NCBI GenBank assembly: GCA_040882645.1
Contig: JBBEAX010000068.1
Location: 3,230-67,229, forward strand
Source: Acidimicrobiia bacterium
Lineage (GTDB): Bacteria > Actinomycetota > Acidimicrobiia > Spongiisociales > UBA11373
Length of the DNA: 64,000 bases
Direction of reading: 5' to 3'
Every line of letters begins with the position of its first letter. The first letter of the stretch is position 1. Under the pieces are notes generated by a model. That model searched no databases. It had not been told where the DNA came from and saw only the letters and a program-made list of their open reading frames with translations. A program made the position numbers and the translations under genes. Shown here piece by piece: positions 56,253 through 64,000 of this stretch.

Positions 56253-57392
56253 TCAACCGCGGACTTCGATGGCGGCGATCACCGCGCCGAGGAATTCGCG
56301 TCCCAGCGCCCCGTCGACCACCCGGTGGTCGTACGAGAGAGACAGCGGCATCTGGCGCCCGATCGCGATCTTGCCGTCGCGAACCACTGGCTGTTCTGCA
56401 GCACGGCCCACGGAGAGAATGGCGGTGGTTCCGTACGGGATGATCGGCGTCCCGTGGCCTCCGCCGACCGCACCGATGTTGGAGAGCGTGAAGGTCGCCC
56501 CGCGCATATCCTCCCGCGCGATCGTCCGCTCCCGCGCCGCAGCCGCCAGTTCGACGATGTCCACCGAAACCTCCTCGATGCTCCGGCCGGGCACGCCCCG
56601 GACCACCGCCACCATCAAGCCCTCGGCGGTCTCCACTGCGAAGCCGAGGTCGTAGTACTTGCGGAGGACCAGGGTCTCGCCCTCGACCGACGCATTGAAC
56701 GACGGATACTCGGCGAGCAATGGGGCGATCGCCACCATGAGGATCGCTTCCAGCGGAATCTGCCGTCCGCTTGCCTCACCGATCCGAGACCGCTCGGAGA
56801 GGATTCCCGAGGCGTCCGCCGACCCGAAGGTGGTCACGTGAGGGATCTCCTGCCACGACCGGGTGAGGTTGCGCGCGATCGCCAGCCGGGTGGGCGACAT
56901 CCGTACCCGCTCGACCGGTCCCGCGCCGCCGACCGCCGCCTCGACATCCTCGCGGGTGACCCGCCCCCCTGGCCCGGTGCCGGTGACTCCCGCGAGATCG
57001 ACGCCCATGCTGGCCGCCAACCTGCGTACCAGCGGTAGCGCCTTGAACCGGTCGTCGTCGCCGTCGGGAGCTTCCTCGAGGTTGCCGACGATGGGGGCGG
57101 CGGCCTTCACCTCGGCACGGCGAGGGGCAGTTGCGGTCGCAGACCACGACTCGCCCTGCTCTCCGATCACCACGAGGATCGCCCCCACCGGGAGCGTGGC
57201 CCCCTCGGCGGCGCCGTGGTGCAGCACGAACCCGGCGTGGGGGGCGGGAATGTCGACCACCGCCTTGTCGGTCTCCAACTCGACGATCGGCTGGTCCAGG
57301 GCCACCGCGCCACCGACCGGTACCAGCCAGCGCACCACCGTCGCCTCAGTGAGGCCTTCGCCGATGTCGGGGAGCCGGAATTCGTGTGCCAT
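56253..57392 (-). CDS. Dihydrolipoamide acyltransferase (E2) of a 2-oxoacid dehydrogenase complex
   Basis: Starts MAHEFRLPDIGEGLTEATVV.. and has a lipoyl domain ..ELETDKAVVDIPAP... A subunit-binding domain and the catalytic ..SYDHRVVDG.. motif follow. Confidence 0.92.
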   Translation of the reverse strand: MAHEFRLPDIGEGLTEATVVRWLVPVGGAVALDQPIVELETDKAVVDIPAPHAGFVLHHGAAEGATLPVGAILVVIGEQGESWSATATAPRRAEVKAAAPIVGNLEEAPDGDDDRFKALPLVRRLAASMGVDLAGVTGTGPGGRVTREDVEAAVGGAGPVERVRMSPTRLAIARNLTRSWQEIPHVTTFGSADASGILSERSRIGEASGRQIPLEAILMVAIAPLLAEYPSFNASVEGETLVLRKYYDLGFAVETAEGLMVAVVRGVPGRSIEEVSVDIVELAAAARERTIAREDMRGATFTLSNIGAVGGGHGTPIIPYGTTAILSVGRAAEQPVVRDGKIAIGRQMPLSLSYDHRVVDGALGREFLGAVIAAIEVRG

Positions 57393-58366
57393 CAGCCCGC
57401 CAATGTCCTGCGGGCGGCGGCAGCGATGCGATCGGGATTCGGGATGTAATGGTGCTCGGTTCGCCTGAGCGGCACGACGGTGTCCCACCCGGTGACACGT
57501 TCGACAGGGGCCAGCAGCGAATAGAGGGCCTGCTCCTGCACCACGGCGGCGATCTCCGAAGCGAGGGAGGCGGTCCGATGCCCCTCGACTACCGCCACCA
57601 CCCGGCCGGTCTTGCGAGCCGACCCCACCACTGTCTGATGGTCCATCGGCGACAGCGTACGAAGGTCGATCAGTTCCACCGACACCCCATCGGCTTCGAG
57701 CGCGTCGGCGGCGCGCCCTGCGTCTCGCAGCATCGCCCCGTACGACACCAGGGTCACGTCCGACCCTTCCCGCACCACCTTTGCCTCGCCGATGGGAACC
57801 GTGTAGTGGCCCTCGGGCACCTCCTCCTTGATGGCCCGGTAGACCCGGATGGGTTCGAGGAACACCACAGGGTCGGAGTCAATGATCGCGGCCAGCAGCA
57901 AACCCTTTGCGTCCGCAGGCGTAGCCGGGGCGACCACTTTGATCCCCGGGGTGTGGACGAAGATCGCCTCCGACGACTCGCTGTGATGTTCGGCGGCGCC
58001 GATACCGCCACCGAACGGAATTCGGATGACCAGCGGGGCGGTAAAGCGGTGATTCGAGCGGTTCCGGATTCGGCCGACATGACTGACGATCTGATCGAAC
58101 GCTGGGTAGGCGAAGCCGAGGAATTGAATCTCGGCGACGGGTCGGAGACCGCCAATCGCCATCCCGAAGGCTGCCCCCACGATTCCGGATTCCGCCACCG
58201 GTGTGTCGATCACCCTCGGGCCGTATCTCTCGTGGAGACCGTCGGTGACGCGAAACACCCCTCCGGTGACCCCGATGTCCTCGCCGAGAAGGACGACCCG
58301 GTCGTCGGCGGAGAGGGCGACATCCAGCGCGTCGTTGAGCGCTTGGGCCATGTTCATCTCTGTCAT
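57392..58366 (-). CDS. 2-oxoacid dehydrogenase E1 component beta subunit
   Basis: ..MAQALNDAL......VLLGEDIG..GGVFR.T.GL... and ..DTP..E..IVG... Confidence 0.92.
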   Translation of the reverse strand: MTEMNMAQALNDALDVALSADDRVVLLGEDIGVTGGVFRVTDGLHERYGPRVIDTPVAESGIVGAAFGMAIGGLRPVAEIQFLGFAYPAFDQIVSHVGRIRNRSNHRFTAPLVIRIPFGGGIGAAEHHSESSEAIFVHTPGIKVVAPATPADAKGLLLAAIIDSDPVVFLEPIRVYRAIKEEVPEGHYTVPIGEAKVVREGSDVTLVSYGAMLRDAGRAADALEADGVSVELIDLRTLSPMDHQTVVGSARKTGRVVAVVEGHRTASLASEIAAVVQEQALYSLLAPVERVTGWDTVVPLRRTEHHYIPNPDRIAAAARRTLAG

Positions 58367-59397
58367 GAGGCGTCACCCTGCTGCAGACGCCGCTGGGCTT
58401 CGAGCGCGCCGGTCGGCTTGGCGTACATCCGATCGAACATCCCCTCGGCGGCAAAGGGTTCGAGGGCCTCGGCCCGGGAGACCGCGGCCTCGATCTCAGC
58501 CGATGCCGCCTCCTCGGTCTCCCGCTCCCACGCCTCATCCCACGCGCCAGCCGAGCGAAGATGAGCCCTGAGCCGCTCGATCGGATCCTTCTTCCGCCAA
58601 TCGGCAATGTCGTCGTCGGAGCGGTAACGCCCGGCGTCGTCGCTGGTGGTGTGCGGGCCGATCCGGTAGGTGAGCGCCTCGACCAGCGTGGGCCCCTCCC
58701 CCGCCCGCGCCCGCCGCACCGCCTTGCGGGTCGCGGTCAAGACAGCGAACAAATCGTTGCCGTCGACCAGCACCCCCGGCATCCCGTAGGCGTCCGCCTT
58801 CTGGGCGATCGTCTCCGACGCGGTCTGGCCGGCCCGGCTCATCGAGATCGCCCACCCGTTGTTCTGACAGAGAAATACCGTCGGAGTGGTGTAGACGGCC
58901 GCAAAGTTCATCGCCTCGTGGAAGTCGCCCTCCGAGGTCGCCCCATCGCCGAAGAGGGTGAGGGCGATACGGTCGGTGCCCTTCATCCGTTCCGCCCAGG
59001 CCAGGCCGACGGCGTGGATCATGTGGCCGCCCACCGTGATCGAAGGGGGCAGCACGTTCACCCCAACCGGAGGGGCTCCCCCGCGTTCATCACCCATGCG
59101 GCCCAGCAAGAGGGCATCCCAGGGGTATCCCTGCATCCACATCGCCGCCGCGTCCCGGTACGTGCCCACCAGCCAGTCGTCGGGGCGCAACGCGGCAACC
59201 GCTCCAATCTGTGCAGCCTCCTGCCCCTCGAACTGGGCGTAAGTGGCAAACCGCCCCTGGCGTTGGAGCGCCGAACCCTTCCGGTCGTACACCCGGGCAG
59301 TGACCATCGCCGCGAACAGCCGACGAGCCTCGTTGAGATCGACCGGCGATTCGCCGATCAACGACCCGTCGACATCGAGGATGCGAAGCATGTCCAT
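58363..59397 (-). CDS. 2-oxoacid dehydrogenase E1 component alpha subunit (TPP-dependent)
   Basis: The start is MDMLRILDVDG.. (ATG 59395-59397), and the TPP motif is ..LTLFGDGATSEGDFHEA.N.A... The ORF-track N-terminal extension is a translation of the repeat element. Confidence 0.92.
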   Translation of the reverse strand: MDMLRILDVDGSLIGESPVDLNEARRLFAAMVTARVYDRKGSALQRQGRFATYAQFEGQEAAQIGAVAALRPDDWLVGTYRDAAAMWMQGYPWDALLLGRMGDERGGAPPVGVNVLPPSITVGGHMIHAVGLAWAERMKGTDRIALTLFGDGATSEGDFHEAMNFAAVYTTPTVFLCQNNGWAISMSRAGQTASETIAQKADAYGMPGVLVDGNDLFAVLTATRKAVRRARAGEGPTLVEALTYRIGPHTTSDDAGRYRSDDDIADWRKKDPIERLRAHLRSAGAWDEAWERETEEAASAEIEAAVSRAEALEPFAAEGMFDRMYAKPTGALEAQRRLQQGDAS

Positions 59398-59411
59398 CGG
59401 CCGGAGATAGT

Positions 59412-59614
59412 AGGTCGGCCGGCTACGCCGGCCTCCCGCGATGGTCGGGCGGCTGCGCCGCCCTCCTGCGATACGCGATACGCGATACGCGATACGACAG
59501 ACGCGTTGATGCCGTGAGATCGCCTTCTGTCGTATCGCGTATCGCGTATCGCGTATTGCGGCCGAGCGGAGCGAGGCGGGCCGAGCGGAGCGAGGCGGGC
59601 CGAGCGGAGCGAGG
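59412..59614. repeat. Composite repeat: 30-nt direct repeat x2, long heptad hairpin, and 19-nt module x3
   Basis: The 30-nt direct repeats lie at 59412-59441 and 59442-59471. (GCGATAC)x4 GACAG lies at 59468-59500, followed by a 26-nt loop. CTGTC (GTATCGC)x3 GTATTGC lies at 59527-59559. GCCGAGCGGAGCGAGGCGG x3 lies at 59561-59614 and ends 3 nt before a stop codon. Confidence 0.92.
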
Positions 59615-59617
59615 CCC

Positions 59618-61135
59618 CTATACCTCAATCCACTGCAACGCCGCGACTAGGGCCAAGGCTTCTTCGTAATCGCCGCAGCGGACTTCGACGGCGTCGGTGG
59701 GAGCGGTGGGAACCACCAGTCGGGCCGGTCCACCCTGGCTGTAGTCGAGGACTCTCAGCGGTGGGAGCACCGGGCGCCCCACCGAGATCACGCCGACCCG
59801 GTCCGATTGGCCGCCAACTGCGCGATACGAGCCAAGCAGTGAGCAGGTCCCCCCCGTCGGGGTCGAGACGTCGAACCCGTGGACCTCGGCGAGCACGGTC
59901 CCTGCGGCGTCCGTGGTCTGCACCAATCCGATGGCGCGAGCGAAGTGGTAACCGTCGGGCAGTTCGATGTCGGTGAGGCCGATCGGCAACCGGCGGGGGG
60001 CGATCACGCCGTCAGGTGCGAATTCGAGGCGGGACACCTGGCCCGAGAACCAGTAGAGGGTGTCGGCGGTGGCCAGCATCGTGCCATCGATGCCGATCGG
60101 CGGCGAGAACGGGATCCACCCTGCTCCTGCCGCCTCGTAGATGGCCACCCCTACGCAAGTGCGCACCAGCGGCCTGCCGCCCACCGACAGCACCTCGAGG
60201 TCACAGGCCGAGGCGCGCAGCGGCACCGACTCCACGAATGACCACAACATCGAATCGGGGGCATCGAGCACTGCCGCCTCGAGGCGCTGGTTCACCAGGA
60301 ACGCGCCGAGGTCGGTAGCGGCGATGTCCTGACCATCGGCGGCGATCGGGGTGCCGCCGAGGTCGAAGCGCCACGAGTCGGAATAGGCCTCCCAGCCGAA
60401 CAGGAGGCCGCGGTCCACCGTGAGGTGCCACTCTCCCGTCCAGGCGGATGAAGCCATTCCGGTGATCGGAGGCCCCCCGCCGCTCTCGAGAGAACCCGTG
60501 GCCCCGGACACCAGGTCGTAGTAGAGCCCGAGTTCGGGGGCGACGAGACGGCTCGCCGGCGGAAGCGCGGGGTCGCCAAGCGGAATCTCCTGTCGCGAGA
60601 CCAGGTGATCCGGCCCCAGCAGCTCGAAGAACTCGCCGGTCAGTGGGCGCCAGGTACGCGTCGTCGGGTCGAGGGCGGCCGCGGCAACGCAATTCGGCTC
60701 GGAGGTGCGATCCACCCGGCCCCACAAGACGACCGGAGCCCAGAAGCCTCCAGCGATCGCCACCGGGTCGGCCAGATCGCACATCTCGAAGTGAGGCAGC
60801 GGCATCAACGGCCAGGAGCCGTCAGCCGGGTCGTACACCCAGGCGTCCTGGAAGAACAGCGACGGCGGGAGGTTCTCGTCGCTGTATCCGCCGGTGGTCC
60901 CGCCGAACACGAAGATCTTTCCGGCGACCTCGGTGACGGCGATCGCCTCGCGGCCGGCGACAGGCGCGTCGGGCACGACCTCCCACGCCGCCCCATAGAC
61001 CCCGTCGATGAACGGCGTCGTGGGGCTGGTCGAAGCCGACGAAGGCGCCTGCGGCCGCTGGGTGGTGGGCCACAAGAACACGACCGCAGCCGCAGCCGAA
61101 ACCACCGCGATGGGAAGGAAGCGCCGGGCTTTCAT
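59618..61135 (-). CDS. Membrane-anchored/secreted protein of unknown function, possibly Kelch-like beta-propeller
   Basis: Starts MKARRFLPIAVVSAAAAVVFLW (TM/signal). ..KIFVFGGTTGG......DAWVYDPADGSW.. resembles a Kelch motif. The ORF-track extension reads through the repeats. Confidence 0.65.
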   Translation of the reverse strand: MKARRFLPIAVVSAAAAVVFLWPTTQRPQAPSSASTSPTTPFIDGVYGAAWEVVPDAPVAGREAIAVTEVAGKIFVFGGTTGGYSDENLPPSLFFQDAWVYDPADGSWPLMPLPHFEMCDLADPVAIAGGFWAPVVLWGRVDRTSEPNCVAAAALDPTTRTWRPLTGEFFELLGPDHLVSRQEIPLGDPALPPASRLVAPELGLYYDLVSGATGSLESGGGPPITGMASSAWTGEWHLTVDRGLLFGWEAYSDSWRFDLGGTPIAADGQDIAATDLGAFLVNQRLEAAVLDAPDSMLWSFVESVPLRASACDLEVLSVGGRPLVRTCVGVAIYEAAGAGWIPFSPPIGIDGTMLATADTLYWFSGQVSRLEFAPDGVIAPRRLPIGLTDIELPDGYHFARAIGLVQTTDAAGTVLAEVHGFDVSTPTGGTCSLLGSYRAVGGQSDRVGVISVGRPVLPPLRVLDYSQGGPARLVVPTAPTDAVEVRCGDYEEALALVAALQWIEV

Positions 61136-61176
61136 GCGAGAAGGGTAACGGCGGGGCCCCGATGCGCTGGGCTCCT

Positions 61177-61280
61177 GCAATTCGCAATTCGCAATTCGCA
61201 ATACGCGATACGCGATACGACAGCACGCGACCACGCGCCTTCAACGCGTGCTGTCGTATCGCGTATTGCGCCGAGCGGCG
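61177..61280. repeat. Heptad hairpin element downstream of ftsK
   Basis: (GCAATTC)x3 GCAATAC (GCGATAC)x2 GACAGCACGCG lies at 61177-61229, followed by a 15-nt loop. CGCGTGCTGTC GTATCGC GTATTGC lies at 61245-61269. A partial module GCCGAGCGGCG lies at 61270-61280. Confidence 0.9.
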
Positions 61281-61374
61281 ACCGCTACGCGGGAGAAGAT
61301 CCAATCAGACGCGCCCTGACGCCAGCCGCAGTTCTTGCGCATCGCGGGAGGGCGGCCGGCGGGCGCCCCCCAAG

Positions 61375-61392
61375 CCCCCCCCCCCCCCCCCC
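61375..61392. repeat. Homopolymer C18 (G18 on the coding strand of ftsK) ending 2 nt from the ftsK stop codon
   Basis: Read directly: ..CAAG CCCCCCCCCCCCCCCCCC GA CTA... A further CCCCCC lies 4 nt upstream. Confidence 0.9.
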
Positions 61393-61394
61393 GA

Positions 61395-63650
61395 CTACGC
61401 CCCGACTATCTCGCCGTTCAGTAGCGAGTCGAGTTCGTCTACCGAAACCAGGACGGTGCGGGCTTTGGAGCCCTCGGAGGGTCCGACGATTCCCTGGCGC
61501 TCGAGGATGTCCATCACCCGTCCGGCGCGGGCAAAGCCGATCCGCAGCTTGCGCTGGAGCATCGAGGTGGAGCCAAGCTGGGAGCGGACGATCAGTTCGA
61601 TCGCCTGACGAACGATGTCGCCGTCTTCTCCCTCGAACTCCTCCTCGTCGGCTCTTGCCGCCTCGGCCGCCTCGAAGACCTGCTCGTAACGAGCCTTGCG
61701 CTGGGTGCGTACGTATTCGACCACAGCGTGGATTTCGGTTTCGCTGACCCACGCGCCCTGGATCCGGCGGGCGTGGGGATCGCGGGCGGTGACGACGATC
61801 ATGTCGCCGAGCCCGATCAGCTTCTCGGCGCCCGACAGATCGAGGATCACCCGGCTGTCGGCCTGTGACGCCACCGAGAATGCCATCCGCGAAGGGATGT
61901 TGGCCTTGATCACGCCGGTGATCACGTCGACCGAAGGGCGCTGGGTGGCGATGACGAGATGAATGCCGACAGCCCGGGCCATCTGGGCGATGCGCACGAC
62001 AGCATCCTCCACCGCGCGGCCCGCCACCATCATCAGGTCGTTCAGCTCGTCGACCACCACCACGATGAACGGGAAGCGGTCGTAGTGCTCGCCCTCCAGC
62101 ATGCCGCGATCGAACTTCTCGTGGTAGCCGTCGATGTCACGCACCCCTGCCTCGGCGAGCAGGTCGTAGCGACGATCCATCTCGCGCACCGCCCACTGGA
62201 GGGCGTCAGCCGCCTTCTTGGGGTTGGTGATCACCCGGGTGAGCAGGTGGGGCACGTCGTTGTACTGGCCGAGTTCTACCCGCTTCGGATCCACCAGGAT
62301 CATCCGCACCTCTTCGGGGGTGGTGCGGAACAGCAGCGACGTGACGATGGCATTGATGCACGACGACTTGCCCGCCCCGGTGGCACCGGCAATGAGCACA
62401 TGGGGTAGTTCCCCCAGGTTGATCATCTGAGCGCGGCCGGAGATGTCCATGCCGAGGGCAACATCGAGGGGGTGGACGGCCTCCTTGGCCTCGGGGCTCC
62501 GGAGGATGTCACCGAGGGTCACCAACCGACGCCGCCGGTTGGGTACCTCGACACCGATGGCGCTCTTCCCGGGGATCGGGGCGAGGATGCGGACATCGGG
62601 AGTGGCGAGGGCGTAGGCGATGTCATGCGACAGCCCGGTGACCCGGGCGACCTTGACGCCAGGAGCCAGCTCGATCTCGAAGCGAGTGACCGTGGGGCCG
62701 GGGACGATCCGGGTGAGACGGGCATCAACGCCGTGCTGGATGAAGGTCTGCTCCAATTCGCGCGCCGTCTCGTCAAGCGCCTTCTTCGACTGGCCGGCGC
62801 CACCGCCGAGTTCGAGCAGTTCGAGCGGTGGGAGCGAGTAACCCTGTGTCGCTGCGGAGCGTACGGGCTGGGGGGATGCGGAGACACGCCGCTTGGGTAC
62901 CGACCCCGGAGCGCCCTGGACGAGAATTTCCGGCCCGGGGTCGGATCGGGGTTCGGGGTTGGAAGACACCAGCCGGGGCGGCGATTGGCGCACCTCGACC
63001 ACGGGCGCCCGACGGCGGCTGCCACCCCTGATTCGAGTCCACGCGGCGCGCAGCAGGTCAGCAACGGTGTGACCTGCCTCGCGCACGGTGGTGCGGGTCA
63101 TCAGCAGCACCCCCAGCGCGGTGAACGCCACCAGGATGGTGAACGCACCCCAGAACCCCACGACGCGGCGCAACGGGAACGCGATCAGTGAGCCGATCGC
63201 CCCGCCCCTCTCCTTGACGAGGTCGAGCGAGTCGGCGAGCGAGACCGTGCCGGTCATCAAATGGAACATCGCCAGCGTCGAGAGGAAGGTGATGATGAAC
63301 CCGCTCACCAGTCGGCGGTACTCGTCGCGGCGCCGGGTGATCACCAGAAGTGCGCCGAGGACGATGAGCAGCACGCCGACGACATAGCCCCAGACTCCGA
63401 ACAAGACCTGAAGACCGGTTACCAGGCCTTCACCGAACGGACCGGCGAGGCCAAAGAAGGCGAGGCCTACGAGGACGCCGCCGACGAGCAGGATCACGCC
63501 CCAGACGTCGTCGGCGTTGCTTCCGAACCCGTTGCGGATCCGTTCTCTCAGGGCCGCCAGCGCGGAAGGCCCCGATTTCTGCTTGGTTTTGGTGGTGCCG
63601 GTAGCCCGCGCCCGCCCCGAGCCCCGGCGGGCAGGCTTCCGTGTTGCCAT
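61395..63650 (-). CDS. ftsK: DNA translocase FtsK
   Basis: Has N-terminal TM helices, a Pro/Ser linker, a motor domain (..LIAGATGAGKSSCIN.., ..VVVDELNDLMM..) and a gamma wHTH C-terminus. Confidence 0.95.
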   Translation of the reverse strand: MATRKPARRGSGRARATGTTKTKQKSGPSALAALRERIRNGFGSNADDVWGVILLVGGVLVGLAFFGLAGPFGEGLVTGLQVLFGVWGYVVGVLLIVLGALLVITRRRDEYRRLVSGFIITFLSTLAMFHLMTGTVSLADSLDLVKERGGAIGSLIAFPLRRVVGFWGAFTILVAFTALGVLLMTRTTVREAGHTVADLLRAAWTRIRGGSRRRAPVVEVRQSPPRLVSSNPEPRSDPGPEILVQGAPGSVPKRRVSASPQPVRSAATQGYSLPPLELLELGGGAGQSKKALDETARELEQTFIQHGVDARLTRIVPGPTVTRFEIELAPGVKVARVTGLSHDIAYALATPDVRILAPIPGKSAIGVEVPNRRRRLVTLGDILRSPEAKEAVHPLDVALGMDISGRAQMINLGELPHVLIAGATGAGKSSCINAIVTSLLFRTTPEEVRMILVDPKRVELGQYNDVPHLLTRVITNPKKAADALQWAVREMDRRYDLLAEAGVRDIDGYHEKFDRGMLEGEHYDRFPFIVVVVDELNDLMMVAGRAVEDAVVRIAQMARAVGIHLVIATQRPSVDVITGVIKANIPSRMAFSVASQADSRVILDLSGAEKLIGLGDMIVVTARDPHARRIQGAWVSETEIHAVVEYVRTQRKARYEQVFEAAEAARADEEEFEGEDGDIVRQAIELIVRSQLGSTSMLQRKLRIGFARAGRVMDILERQGIVGPSEGSKARTVLVSVDELDSLLNGEIVGA

Positions 63651-63699
63651 GTGCCAGCCACGTTAGGCCAGGGGCGGGTTAGAACAAACGATTGAATCG

Positions 63700-63815
63700 G
63701 TCGCCAGTCTCCAGTCACCAGTCGCCAGAAAGAAGAAAGAAAGAAAGAAGGGTCTTGAGTTCTGCGGGGCCTGAAACCCGTTCCGGCTGGGGACTGGAGA
63801 CTGGCGACTGGTGAC
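63700..63815. repeat. Inverted heptad arrays (GTCNCCA)x4 ... (TGGNGAC)x4 with a purine-rich AAAGAAG spacer, between rnj and ftsK
   Basis: GTCGCCA GTCTCCA GTCACCA GTCGCCA lies at 63700-63727. AGAAAGAAGAAAGAAAGAAAGAAGGG lies at 63728-63752. TGGGGAC TGGAGAC TGGCGAC TGGTGAC lies at 63788-63815 and ends 2 nt before the upstream gene's stop. Confidence 0.9.
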
Positions 63816-63817
63816 TC

Positions 63818-64000
63818 TCAAACCTCCAGGACTACCGGGATGACTACGGGCTTCTTTTGGGTTTCGTTGCTGATCACGCGGTTGACGGCGCCGCGGGCGT
63901 GGCGTTCGACTTGCTCTGAGTCGACCGGCACTTCGATCGAGCCGAGAGCGTCGACAACGGCCTTGGCCGCCTTGGCGAACACGGCTTCGGGATCGTCCAT
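63818..64000 (-). CDS. rnj: 3' end of a gene, probably ribonuclease J (5' part outside window)
   Basis: The open frame reaches the window edge. The C-terminus ..RVISNETQKKPVVIPVVLEV and the position upstream of ftsK fit actinobacterial RNase J. The call is tentative. Confidence 0.45.
   Translation of the reverse strand: MDDPEAVFAKAAKAVVDALGSIEVPVDSEQVERHARGAVNRVISNETQKKPVVIPVVLEV

Noticed and set aside
51439-61234. N-terminal extensions of ORF-track entries 51439-52425, 53222-54859, 56253-57488, 58363-59628 and 59618-61234 (peptides such as RIAYRV, IRDTRYAIR)
   Set aside because: The extensions read through upstream genes or through heptad repeat elements. Internal starts give canonical N-termini (MRVFVAV, VKAAPSVWLTTLGC, MAHEFRLPDIGEG, MDMLRIL, MKARRFLP) with overlap-type coupling or an RBS.

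Overview
High-GC, actinobacterial-type chromosomal segment. The synteny is dut-tRNA(Gly/Cys/Val), nrdR-LysM-lexA, dapF-miaA-miaB-rny-recA, thpR-cinA-rimO, an E1a/E1b/E2 2-oxoacid dehydrogenase, and ftsK-rnj. A deep-branching Actinomycetota lineage such as Acidimicrobiia is possible, but that is inference only. Content is almost entirely housekeeping. It includes a contiguous de novo purine cluster purC-S-Q-L-F-M-(N::H)-D-E on the + strand, carA-carB, a pyrC-pyrB-(pyrF::pyrE)-pyrD operon and sthA. It also holds an orphan Dpp/Opp-type ABC permease pair followed by three tandem paralogous membrane-anchored proteins of unknown function. Other genes are a USP::UbiB kinase, FadD plus a thioredoxin/NHL protein, an M23 peptidase, an AbfD-like dehydratase, an RTX-like secreted protein and four tRNAs. 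I saw no rRNA, CRISPR, cas, transposase, integrase or recognisable defence system, so I cannot point to a clear novel multi-gene system. Five things are worth a second look. (1) A family of intergenic tandem arrays with a strict 7-nt period, usually arranged as array-GACAG-loop-CTGTC-inverted array, often capped by a GCCGAGCGRAGCGAGG module and butted against stop codons. A related pair forms a perfect 41-bp inverted repeat bracketing purD-purE. (2) A full-size LAGLIDADG intein inside the RecA P-loop. (3) The gene fusions PurN::PurH and PyrF::PyrE. (4) A six-cistron, translationally coupled permease/paralog operon that includes a 40-aa micro-ORF. (5) Smaller oddities: 43-bp tandem repeats between tRNAs, a C18 tract at the ftsK stop, four LexA boxes at lexA, miaA without a canonical start codon, and gene relics. 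Hand-called coordinates were anchored to ORF-track boundaries but may be off by 1-2 nt.
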